This document shows positions 1 to 8,684 of a stretch of DNA of 64,000 nt, in pieces. Position 1 is the first letter of the stretch, and each line of letters opens with the position of its first letter. The stretch comes from a virus. The stretch lies in IMG/VR virus record IMGVR_UViG_3300045988_147927, positions 138,995 to 202,994 of that record, one strand, 5' to 3'. Both the position numbers and the translations under genes were made by a program. A model generated the notes under the pieces. That model did no database searches and was not told the origin of the DNA. It saw only the letters and a list, made by a program, of their open reading frames with translations.

Positions 1-1
1 A

Positions 2-334
2 CAAGAGGATTTACCTAAAACTGTTTTAGTTGTTTCAGATATGCAATTTGATAGGGCTATGGGTAGGTATGGTGAGTCTTTATTTGATACTTTGTCAAGA
101 CAATATAAAGAAGAAGGGTATAGTTTACCTAGGTTAGTTTTTTGGAATGTCGGTTCATATGATAATACAATTCCTTTACAACAGAATGAGAAGGGGTTAG
201 TGTTGATGAGTGGTTTCTCTAAATCTAATTTAGATATGTTATTGAGTGATAACTTAGACCCTCTTAGTGTTTTAAAAGATGAGTTAGATAGAAAATACTC
301 ATTTATTGATAATATTATACCTAAAAGTGTGTAA
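2..334 (+). CDS. C-terminal part of a vWA-type (DUF2828-like) protein; 5' end outside window
   Basis: Frame open from nt 2 to TAA 332-334. VLVVSDMQFD and LVFWNVGS...GLVLMSGFSKSNLDMLL resemble the C-terminal half of DUF2828-type von Willebrand-A proteins seen in phages (recalled similarity, not searched). Confidence 0.45.
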   Translation, partial: QEDLPKTVLVVSDMQFDRAMGRYGESLFDTLSRQYKEEGYSLPRLVFWNVGSYDNTIPLQQNEKGLVLMSGFSKSNLDMLLSDNLDPLSVLKDELDRKYSFIDNIIPKSV

Positions 335-357
335 AACATAGATTGTTTGTATATAAT

Positions 358-389
358 AGAGTAGATATATGATATCTACTCTATTTTTG
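358..389 (+). terminator. Rho-independent terminator
   Basis: Perfect 11-bp stem agagtagatat / atatctactct with 3-nt loop, followed by ATTTTTGT. Confidence 0.8.
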
Positions 390-432
390 TGTTATAATAA
401 TTATAAGAGTGTTTTGGTCTTATAATTATTAT
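390..432 (+). promoter_or_regulatory. Extended -10 promoter (TGtTATAAT 390-398) overlapped by a 14-bp-arm inverted repeat (394-407 / 419-432)
   Basis: tgttataat directly after the terminator. Perfect inverted repeat ataataattataag...cttataattattat with 11-nt spacer, upstream of the sigma-like gene. Confidence 0.45.
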
Positions 433-449
433 AGTTTGGGGAATATTGA

Positions 450-1046
450 ATGGCTTTACAATTATATGAAGATGATTTAAATAATGAAGAGGTATTATCT
501 AAGAAATTAATAACTTTAGCAGAGATTGTTGTTAGAAAGCACTTTTATGCGAGTACAGCTGATAAGGATGATTTAGTTTCTATAGGTGTTCTAAAGGCTA
601 TTAGGATGATTCATTCTGATAATTTTAGAAGTGATAAAGGTAATTTGTGTACTTTTTTGTATACTGGTATGAGGAATGATATTCACAATTATTTATATCA
701 TAAAAATAAGTTTGATACTGTTGATATAGATAATACTTTTGATGATGGTGGAAAATTAGATTTTTATTTTGAAGATGAAGTAGCTAAGATAGATTACTCT
801 TTAGTTCATTTAATATGCATGAAGTTTTCTAAGCAGTTTGGTAATTTTATTGAAGATGAGGTTATTAAAAAACTAAAGTACTATGGATTTACTATTGATG
901 GTTATGTGGAAAAAGAGAAGGTTGACACATCTATTAGGGTAGACATTTCTTGTAGGGAAGATATTGTGCAACGTGCTTTAGGTCTGTTGTTTTGGGAATT
1001 GAAGCAACATGAGATGAGTGTAATGTTACAGAATGGTTTAGATTAG
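450..1046 (+). CDS. Sigma-70 region-2-like transcription factor (possible phage late sigma)
   Basis: DDLVSIGVLKAIRMIHSDNF...KGNLCTFLYTGMRNDIHNYLY matches the sigma region 2.1-2.4 pattern. About 200 aa, like phage gp55/gp28-type sigmas. No clear region 4. Confidence 0.45.
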   Translation: MALQLYEDDLNNEEVLSKKLITLAEIVVRKHFYASTADKDDLVSIGVLKAIRMIHSDNFRSDKGNLCTFLYTGMRNDIHNYLYHKNKFDTVDIDNTFDDGGKLDFYFEDEVAKIDYSLVHLICMKFSKQFGNFIEDEVIKKLKYYGFTIDGYVEKEKVDTSIRVDISCREDIVQRALGLLFWELKQHEMSVMLQNGLD

Positions 1047-1059
1047 GGGTTATATAGAT

Positions 1060-1506
1060 ATGAGTAGTTCTTTTGGTTCTCTTTCTACTATTACTATGAG
1101 TGATGACGAGAAGGATTTATTTGCTGAGTATTTACAGATTAGTATAGGGAATCCTGTATTAGAATTTGTTAGGTATTTACTTGGTGATGATTATTTAAAG
1201 TTTGTTGATATATGTAGTGGCACAAACTTTACAATACCTAGTAATAGGGCTTTAGAGAGGGATATTAATTATATTAAAATATTTTTGTATGTTAAAAAAT
1301 CAAATTTTACAAATGGTTCTATAGTTGATGCAGGTAGTGTGTATAAGAAAACAGAGTTAGCAATTAAAAGAATTGTGTTAAAGGTTTCTAAAGTACTTGG
1401 TATTGAAGATGAGTTAAGAGGTGTTGCTTTAGAGAATTATATAGAAAATATAAAATCTTGTGAAAATAAGAGTAGTGTTAAAGAGGGTTGTGTTGAGGAT
1501 AGTTAA
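1060..1506 (+). CDS. hypothetical protein
   Basis: 148-aa ORF. AGGGG RBS-like sequence upstream of the ATG. Stop overlaps the next start (TAATG). Confidence 0.6.
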   Translation: MSSSFGSLSTITMSDDEKDLFAEYLQISIGNPVLEFVRYLLGDDYLKFVDICSGTNFTIPSNRALERDINYIKIFLYVKKSNFTNGSIVDAGSVYKKTELAIKRIVLKVSKVLGIEDELRGVALENYIENIKSCENKSSVKEGCVEDS

Positions 1507-2201
1507 TGACATCTCCTATTGATAATGAAGATTTGATATCAATACTTTCAAAAGGTAGTGATACAAATGATGATACTAAGGAAAGTGATAACACTATAGA
1601 TGTAGAGTGTAGTGTTAATGATACAGAAGATGTTGAAGAAGAGAGTAGTGGGTTAGTTAGTAGTAAGAAGAAAAATGGAAGTTCTGTTCAGAGTTCTTTA
1701 TCAAATCTAGCAACTGCTATAGAGGTATTGAATAGAAAGAATGAGGATACGGAGAATACTTTTAAGGGTAGTGGTGATGTAGGTACTGATTTAAGTCGGT
1801 GGATTGATGGTAAAGATTTAACACCATCTGATGATTTAAATAGATATGTAAGTTCCTCAGATGTTAAATTCAAATATGGGTTATCACATAGTACCATGAA
1901 TAATTTTGATTTAATGACAAAATTAAAGAAGTTTTTAGATGGTGCTAATGAGATGTTATTTAATGAGGAGGCTGTACTAAATTTATCTCCTTATGAATTA
2001 GAGAATAGGGTGAGAACTGCATTTACGATGTATGCTGAGCTTGCTAAGATTAATCAAAGGACTGTTTTAGCTTTAGAGCAACAACGTAGAAGATATAATG
2101 ATGGTACGAGTGAGGTTGATAAGTTAGCATTACTATTATCATCAGTGCCTACAGAAAAACTCAAAGATATTTTGACAGCTGTTCAGAAAATGGAAGGTTG
2201 A
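1506..2201 (+). CDS. hypothetical protein (position compatible with a small terminase subunit)
   Basis: 231-aa ORF immediately upstream of the large terminase. Acidic N-terminal part and helical C-terminal part. Function assigned only by position. Confidence 0.4.
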   Translation: MTSPIDNEDLISILSKGSDTNDDTKESDNTIDVECSVNDTEDVEEESSGLVSSKKKNGSSVQSSLSNLATAIEVLNRKNEDTENTFKGSGDVGTDLSRWIDGKDLTPSDDLNRYVSSSDVKFKYGLSHSTMNNFDLMTKLKKFLDGANEMLFNEEAVLNLSPYELENRVRTAFTMYAELAKINQRTVLALEQQRRRYNDGTSEVDKLALLLSSVPTEKLKDILTAVQKMEG

Positions 2202-2204
2202 TAG

Positions 2205-3069
2205 ATGAATAGTAGGGTAGAGGATTTATTAGGTTCTTCTAGTTCTTATACTTCCATGACAGATAAAGAGAGAGAATACTTTATAGCACTTCTTAAAGAG
2301 GAGATGCACAAGAGGGAAGAGTCTGGTAAGTATGAGCAGATACGTGATATTGTAAGAATTGAAGAGTGGATTAATTCTGATTATTACATAGGGACAGACC
2401 AAAAAAGTATATACCCATACTGGAAAGATTTTATAGTAGACATATTCAGAGATACTAGAAAAGATAGTGAAAAGATTAATTCCGTCATATTAAGTGGTTC
2501 AATCGGCGTTGGTAAATCAACTGTTGCTGAGTTAATCATGATGCGTAAGATGTATGAGTTGTCTTGTTTTAAAAATATCAATGCTATGTTTAACTTAATG
2601 TCTAAAACTAATATAATGTTCCTGTATTTTTCAGTAAGTCAAAAACAAGCTGAGCGTACTGGGTTTGGTGAGTTTAGGTCTTTGGTTGACAGTTCTCCTT
2701 ATTTTAATGAGAACTTTTTACGTAATCAAAGATTGTCATCTTTATTAGTGTTTCCAGAGGGTATTAATTTTGCATATGGTTCTAGTGCTAGTGATAGTAT
2801 TGGTATGTCAGTTATATGTTCAATGCTCGATGAAGCAAACTTTTTGGGTGGTAATGGGCCTTCTAATGATAGTGAGAAAGCAACAGATTTATATGCTAAT
2901 ATAGTTAATAGGTCTAATTCTAGGTTTATTGTTGATGGTGGTGTCAATCATTCATTAAACATTTTAGTTTCATCAGCAACCTTTGAAAATTCTGCTACTG
3001 AGCGTCAAATTAGGTTATCTAGGAATGACCCACATACGATTGTTGCCGCACCAGCTCAATGGGAAAGAT
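2205..3069 (+). CDS. terL: Terminase large subunit, exon 1 (ATPase domain)
   Basis: Walker A GSIGVGKST and Walker B-like MLDEANF. The ORF ends ...AAPAQWER then TAG 3069-3071, which I read as intronic. Continuity with ...VKPNNF... at 5072. Junction 3069|5070 keeps frame (AGA T|AC GTC) but may be off by a few nt. Confidence 0.8.
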
Positions 3070-3560
3070 AGCAGTATGTAACTCTACATACTGTATAAAA
3101 ACCCCTATTTCATAAGTGATTATGAGATAGCTTGAATTTAAATACTAGGAAATCCTAAAGCTAGTTAAACTACAGCATAATTGGAAACAGTAAGTGCGAA
3201 TGTTGCGAAAGTAGAAAGAATTAACTAGATGGCATATGGTGAAATAAAAGCATGTCTTGTGATAAGATATGTCCTAAGTGCTGTAAATAATGGATGTTTA
3301 GTTACCAACTATTACATTTTGTGTAGTAGAGGTTCAACGACTAGGAGATTGAGTCTCCCTGATTAAATGTCAGATAACCTCTATAGGGTAGAGGGAAAGT
3401 AAAGCTACAAGCATTTATAATGACAAGACATTATAAAAATGGTAGAAGAAAAATATTCACATCTTTTTGTTAAGATGAACAAATAGTCTACGCTTATGTG
3501 AAAGCATAAGAGGTCTGCTAGTGATAGTAAGACTGCGTTAGAGGTTGCGTTCTAGCGTGA
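3070..3560 (+). ncRNA. Group I intron ribozyme core of the IStron
   Basis: P1-extension hairpin cagtatgta/tacatactg (3073-3096). ...aaatcctaaagct... (P4 region). ggttcaacgacta 3331-3343 (P7 5' strand). aaatagtc 3481-3488 (P7 3' strand), followed by hairpin cgcttatgtgaaagcataag. Near-identical blocks occur in capsid introns 1 and 2. Confidence 0.7.
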
Positions 3561-3600
3561 ATAAGATAAATATGTCTAAATTATAATATTACACGTAAAG

Positions 3601-3628
3601 TTGACACTCTTAATGTTTTCTATATAAT
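3601..3628 (+). promoter_or_regulatory. Consensus sigma-70 promoter for tnpB inside the IStron
   Basis: TTGACA (3601-3606), 16-nt spacer, TATAAT (3623-3628). GGAGG at 3645-3649. Confidence 0.7.
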
Positions 3629-3665
3629 TTAAGTTGTATAGAGAGGAGGTGTCAGCTTGGAATAA

Positions 3666-4883
3666 AAATTAAATAGTAACGATAACAAAATATATAGGTC
3701 AGTTAAGATTAGGTTATTACCAACAAAAGAGCAAGAGATTTTGTTTTGGAAGAGTGTAGGTGTTGCTAGATGGTCTTATAATTACTTTTTATCAGAGAGT
3801 TATAGGGTATATCAAGAATGGTTAGAAGATAAAAGTAAACCAAAGCATATATCTGAGATGGAGGTTAGAAAGTATATTAATAATCATCTTAAAAAGACTA
3901 CACATACATGGCTTAAAGAGGTTGGAAGTAATGTAATGAAACAGGGTGTCAAAGATGCCAACATAGCATTACAGAATTTCTTTAAATATAACAAAGGTTA
4001 TCCTAAGTTTAAATCTAAGAAAAGGTCTAAGCCTAGTTTCTATGTTAATTACGAAAGTTTAAAACGTACACCAAATGGATTTCGTGGTGAGAGAATTGGT
4101 TATGTTAAAACTAAGGAATCACTACCTATGATTGGTAAGAATCAAAAATACCGTAGACCTAGAATTAGTTTTGATGGTAGATTTTGGTACTTATCTGTTA
4201 GCTTTGAGGTTAAGAGGTTAGATGTTAAATTATCAGATACTAAGTTAGGTATAGACTTGGGCATTAAAGAGTTAGCTGTTGTTTCTAGTCAGAGTGGTAC
4301 TGATATTAAGAAGTATCATAATATAAATAAAACTTGTGAAGTAAAGAGATTAGAGAAAAAGCTAAAACGTGAGCAACGTAAGTTTTCACGTAAGATTCTT
4401 GTACATAAAGGTCTTTGTAATAATAAAACTAATCATAAAAAAGAACTAGAATTATGTAAAAACATTCAAAAACAAAAGAGTATAATTCAGAGATTATATA
4501 GACGATTGTTAAATATCAGGACTAATTATTTACATCAAACAACTACTGAGATAGTGAAAACCAAACCATCTCATATAGTTTTAGAAGATTTGAATGTTAG
4601 TGGAATGATGAAAAATCGTCATTTATCAAAGTCTATTATGTGTCAAAAATGGTATGAGTTTAGGAGACAGATAGAGTATAAAGCTGAATTATATGGTATT
4701 GAAGTTGTATTAGCAGATAGATTTTATCCTAGTTCTAAGACTTGTAGTTGTTGTGGTAATGTCAAGAGAGACTTAAAATTATCTGACAGAGTATATAGAT
4801 GTGATTGTTGTGGTAATGTTGTTGATAGAGATGTCAATGCATCAATCAATTTAGCTAATTATAATATAGAAAGTGTCAAATAA
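3666..4883 (+). CDS. tnpB: TnpB (RNA-guided RuvC nuclease, IS200/605 family); start codon unresolved
   Basis: RuvC-I GIDLGIKELAV, RuvC-II IVLEDLNVSGM, zinc finger CSCCGN...CDCCGN, RuvC-III DRDVNASINL. The N-terminal signature YRSVKIRLLPTKEQ lies upstream of the ORF-track start at 3741. The frame is open only from 3666, with no ATG/GTG/TTG in 3666-3740. TTG 3657 with a good RBS is followed by an in-frame TAA at 3663. Confidence 0.8.
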   Translation, partial: KLNSNDNKIYRSVKIRLLPTKEQEILFWKSVGVARWSYNYFLSESYRVYQEWLEDKSKPKHISEMEVRKYINNHLKKTTHTWLKEVGSNVMKQGVKDANIALQNFFKYNKGYPKFKSKKRSKPSFYVNYESLKRTPNGFRGERIGYVKTKESLPMIGKNQKYRRPRISFDGRFWYLSVSFEVKRLDVKLSDTKLGIDLGIKELAVVSSQSGTDIKKYHNINKTCEVKRLEKKLKREQRKFSRKILVHKGLCNNKTNHKKELELCKNIQKQKSIIQRLYRRLLNIRTNYLHQTTTEIVKTKPSHIVLEDLNVSGMMKNRHLSKSIMCQKWYEFRRQIEYKAELYGIEVVLADRFYPSSKTCSCCGNVKRDLKLSDRVYRCDCCGNVVDRDVNASINLANYNIESVK

Positions 4884-5069
4884 AAGATACTCTATATATG
4901 TACCTATCGTTACTAGGGAATTTAAGCCTTTGGGGTGTTATAACAAACAAGAGTAGTTGAAGTTATTTTAACAACGAAATTGAACGTAATGATTAAGGAA
5001 GATATATCGTGAGGTATATCAAAGTGTAAGTGTGTGATATTTATAATATGTACATATTTATCGTAACGG
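4800..5069 (+). ncRNA. Candidate TnpB omega (right-end) RNA scaffold overlapping the intron 3' end
   Basis: By analogy with IS200/605 TnpB systems, the guide RNA scaffold spans the 3' end of tnpB plus the right end. Local hairpins are present, e.g. gatatatc...gtatatc near 5003-5022. Boundaries were not determined. Confidence 0.35.
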
Positions 5070-6283
5070 ACGTCAAGCCAAACAATTTTAGTAAAAAGTT
5101 CTTCTATGTATTTAAAGGTTCTAATTACTTAGAGGCTAATATCGTTAATTCTACAGATGATGTAAATAACTTTAGGGTTTCTGAGGGATTAGGGAAGCAG
5201 AAGTATATTGATGGATTAGAAGATTATAAATCTATTAATAAGGCTATTGAAGAATTACCTCCACATATGCAGACTAAGTTTTTAAGAGTTCCTGTAGATT
5301 TGAGGGCTGGTTTTGAGACTAACTTATTGAGGTCTTTACAAGATATTGGTGGTGTATCTACAGGCTCACAAGGTAAGCTATTTAGTTCTCCTATGGTATT
5401 ACAAGATTGTGTTGATGAGAATAGGCATCACCCATTCGTTTCTAAAGAGATAATAATTTCTACTGGTGATGATATTCAAGTTAAGGATTATTTAAGAGAT
5501 GATTTTAGGTTAAAGTATCCTGAGAGACCTAGATATTTACATATTGACCAATCATTTAGGACAGATAGTACTGGTATATCTAGTGTGTATGTTGATGATA
5601 TTATAGAAGAAGATGGTGTTAAGAAGCCTGTTTTTGGTGTTGATTTTATGCTACGTATCAATCCACCTAAATCACCTAAGAAGATAGCTATATATAAGAT
5701 ACGTAATTTTGTCATTTATCTTGCTAATACAGTTGGTATGAGGATAGGTAAGTTGACATATGATATATTCAATTCTGAGGAATCAAGACAGATTCTTGAA
5801 GAGATGGGGTTTAATGTTGGTTATTTGTCAGTAGATAGAACTGATAGACCTTACCTTGATTTAGTAGAGATTATGTATGAGAAGAGGATTAAGTTATATG
5901 ACTATCCTATTTTGAGGTATGAGTTACTTAATCTTTTACATGATAGGGTTAAAAGGAAAGTAGACCACCCTAAAGTAGTTACAGATGCAGGGTTTGTTGA
6001 TTATGATGGTAAAGGTAATGATGGTGTTACAGGGACTAGGGTAGGTTCTAAGGATGTTGCCGATAGTTTATGTGGTGCTATTCAAAATGCTTTGCAGAGT
6101 ACTGTTTCTGATGCAGAGGGGAATAAGGGAACTTTTAATGATTTTCTTATTGCAAATCGTATAGGTTCTTATGTTGGTATAGATACACCTAATGATGTTT
6201 CTGTAGAAGAGTTAATTGATAGACAGATTGATGATATGATAGAAGATATTGAAGTATATGGTATCAATAATTTTAGATATTAA
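5070..6283 (+). CDS. terL: Terminase large subunit, exon 2 (nuclease domain)
   Basis: Continues ...QWE(R/Y)VKPNNFSKKFFYVFKGS. The first 14 codons of ORF 5030.. are read-through of element sequence. The gene is directly followed by the portal gene. Confidence 0.8.
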
Positions 6284-6297
6284 GAAGAGGTTATTAT

Positions 6298-8022
6298 ATG
6301 GCATGGTATGATTTATTTATTGGTAAGAGGGGGAATATTACCAATAATAGTAGTCAGAGTGATACAATAGAGGATTTAAATACAATAAAAGAGAATACAA
6401 CTGGTGATATCATACGAGAGGTTAAGATTGTTGAGGATGGTAGAGTAGGTTCTTTTTTTGATGGGAACATAGAATCAATACACTCAAAACAAAATATTAA
6501 TGAGGGTAAGGTAAATTTATCACCAAGTAATTTACAACAGTTGATAGGTAATGATGATACAAATGCTTTGGGGCAAGTTATCGATGGTATTCGTGGTGAT
6601 TATAGTTTAAGTGATATATTTTTAGAGAATGAAGAAATGTCTAAGGATTCTGTTATAGGTGCAGCTATGGAGATTCTAGCAGATGATTCTTGTACAGTTG
6701 ATGAAACAACTCATTTTGCTATTATGGTAGATTCTACTGATGAGGGGTTAAAGAAATTTATAGAAGATTTTTTGAGAAATAATATCAATATAGAAGATAG
6801 GCTTTGGTCTTGGGCGTATGAGATTGTTAAGCATGGTGATTTTAAACTTAGGAGAAGAGAGTATTATGCTGGTTCTGAAAAGAGTGGTATAAAGTCTGTT
6901 TATTATGAAGATGTAATAAATCCCTACCTTGTTTCTAGGATTGAGTATATGGGGAACGTATTAGGATATGAGGATGAGGATTATGCCTTTGAGAGTGGTT
7001 CATATCAAGATGCTGGTCAGTTTGGTACTGTTGGTAGTGGTATAAGTGGTAGTGCTAGGTTCGAGAAGAGTGATGAATTTGTTCATTTTATATCATCTAA
7101 ACTATCTAAGAGGGAAAAAATTAAGTTAAATGTTAAGAAGGCTGATAACACACGAGAAGAGGTTACTTGTTATCGTGTAGTAGGTACTTCTATAGTAGAC
7201 AGTGCTAGGACTATGTTTAGGATTAATGCTTTAATTGATAATATTCTTGTTTTATCACGTATTGCAAGGTCTACACAATTTAACCTTGTAAAGGTTGAGG
7301 TTGGTAATGCTGGTGCAGGACAAACACAACAAATGTTATCAGATGTTAGAAGGAGATTTCAAGCTAATACTAAGATGCAAAAAGGTGTAGGGTTTAGGTC
7401 TGACCCATCTCCAATTCCTATAAATAGTAATATTTATCTTCCTACAAGAGATGGTAAGGGTGATGTTACAGTAGAGAGTATTGGTGATGGTGTAGACGTG
7501 CAGTCTATTGTTGATGTTGATTACTTTACTGATAAACTTTTTGCTAGTTTAAAAGTTCCTAAACAGTATTTAGGTTTTGCAGAATCATTAGGTTCTATGG
7601 GTAATAATTCCCTTGTTAAACAGGATTTAAGGTATGCTCGTTCTGTTTCTAGGGTTCAACAAATCTTGATTAATGGTATTACAGATTTAGTTGAGAATTA
7701 CTTAAAATATAGGGGTAGAGGTTCTGATGTTGGTGCTTTTAGTATTAGGATGAGACCATTACCTACAAGTGAGACATCAACAAAAGTTGAAGAGTTTGTT
7801 TCAAATCTACAAATGATTGATTCAAGTAGTGCTTTTTTAGAATCTTATGCTGATTATATTGACAAGGCTAAGTGGTTGAAGTCGATGTTAAATCTTATAA
7901 ATGTAGACCCTAGTGATGTAGCTACAGATAAGTTTAAAGAGATAATCAAGTCTATTGAAGATGGTTCGTATAATGAAGAAGATTTTGCTAGTAGTGAGCC
8001 TGAAGATAGTGAAATGTATTAG
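6298..8022 (+). CDS. Portal protein (T4 gp20-like by size and position)
   Basis: 574-aa ORF immediately after terL with RBS GAAGAGG. Size and position are typical of portals, and the C-terminus is acidic. No motif-level proof. Confidence 0.65.
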   Translation: MAWYDLFIGKRGNITNNSSQSDTIEDLNTIKENTTGDIIREVKIVEDGRVGSFFDGNIESIHSKQNINEGKVNLSPSNLQQLIGNDDTNALGQVIDGIRGDYSLSDIFLENEEMSKDSVIGAAMEILADDSCTVDETTHFAIMVDSTDEGLKKFIEDFLRNNINIEDRLWSWAYEIVKHGDFKLRRREYYAGSEKSGIKSVYYEDVINPYLVSRIEYMGNVLGYEDEDYAFESGSYQDAGQFGTVGSGISGSARFEKSDEFVHFISSKLSKREKIKLNVKKADNTREEVTCYRVVGTSIVDSARTMFRINALIDNILVLSRIARSTQFNLVKVEVGNAGAGQTQQMLSDVRRRFQANTKMQKGVGFRSDPSPIPINSNIYLPTRDGKGDVTVESIGDGVDVQSIVDVDYFTDKLFASLKVPKQYLGFAESLGSMGNNSLVKQDLRYARSVSRVQQILINGITDLVENYLKYRGRGSDVGAFSIRMRPLPTSETSTKVEEFVSNLQMIDSSSAFLESYADYIDKAKWLKSMLNLINVDPSDVATDKFKEIIKSIEDGSYNEEDFASSEPEDSEMY

Positions 8023-8059
8023 TTGTTAATGTATGGACATTAATGTATAATATTAGTAT

Positions 8060-8305
8060 ATGATTTTTTACTTTATTAGATGGTGGTGCTACATTTTGGC
8101 TAGATATGTTCCTTGTAAGGATTGTTCTGATAGATACATTGGTTGTCATAGTAAATGTGATAAATATGCTTTATTTAAATTAAATGGTGAGGTACAAAAG
8201 ATTCGTAGGATTAATGAAATAGATGTAGATTCCTATTACATTAAGAAGAATTTAAAGTTACGAGATAAGTACAAAGGTGATTATTATGTCAGAGTTATTA
8301 AATAA
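8060..8305 (+). CDS. Small Cys-rich protein
   Basis: VPCKDCSDRYIGCHSKCDKY cysteine cluster. The true start may be TTG 8096. Confidence 0.5.
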   Translation: MIFYFIRWWCYILARYVPCKDCSDRYIGCHSKCDKYALFKLNGEVQKIRRINEIDVDSYYIKKNLKLRDKYKGDYYVRVIK

Positions 8306-8684
8306 TTCATTATTTGATAGGCTAGAGGAGGCTATATTAAATAATGATATAGAGTTGGTAAAAGAGATTGAAAGTCAGATTATTAGTGGTAAAGATTATT
8401 CTTTAGATAAAGATATGATTCTTTCTATTATTAAGAAGGAACCAGGTAGGGTTATTAAAAATATTATTAATTCTGATGACTTTGATGAGATATCTTCTAT
8501 GAAGGCTTGTAGCTCTCTTTTAACGCATAATATCATAGAGGCACAAATAACTGGTAGGTCTATTGAGGATTATCCTGTTAAGGAATTATATGTTATACTT
8601 GGTAAGTTTATTAATGATGGTTTAGATGAGGGTAAGAATGAGTTCAAAAAATTTGTTACTGAGAGATACAAAAAATTCATTTAG
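8286..8684 (+). CDS. hypothetical protein
   Basis: ORF 8277..8684. ATG 8286 is preceded by AAGGTGA. Confidence 0.6.
   Translation: MSELLNNSLFDRLEEAILNNDIELVKEIESQIISGKDYSLDKDMILSIIKKEPGRVIKNIINSDDFDEISSMKACSSLLTHNIIEAQITGRSIEDYPVKELYVILGKFINDGLDEGKNEFKKFVTERYKKFI

Larger units (their letters stand above)
3070..5069 (+). mobile_element. IStron: group I intron fused to an IS200/605-type TnpB element, inserted in terL
   Basis: The element separates the two terminase halves. Its 5' part has group I core motifs shared with the capsid introns. Its 3' part has its own promoter, tnpB and a structured tail ending in G 5069. The insertion follows ...AAGAT. Confidence 0.75.

Noticed and set aside
5030-5069. 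ORF-track N-terminus MCDIYNMYIFIVTD of the second terminase ORF, and the C-terminal extensions 24731-24745 (KTCA), 26036-26062 (NAIMLLVA) and 27603-27623 (EHINVA).
   Set aside because: These are read-through of intron or IS sequence. Splice-site pairing and gp23/terminase motif spacing place the exon borders at 5070, 24730, 26035 and 27602.
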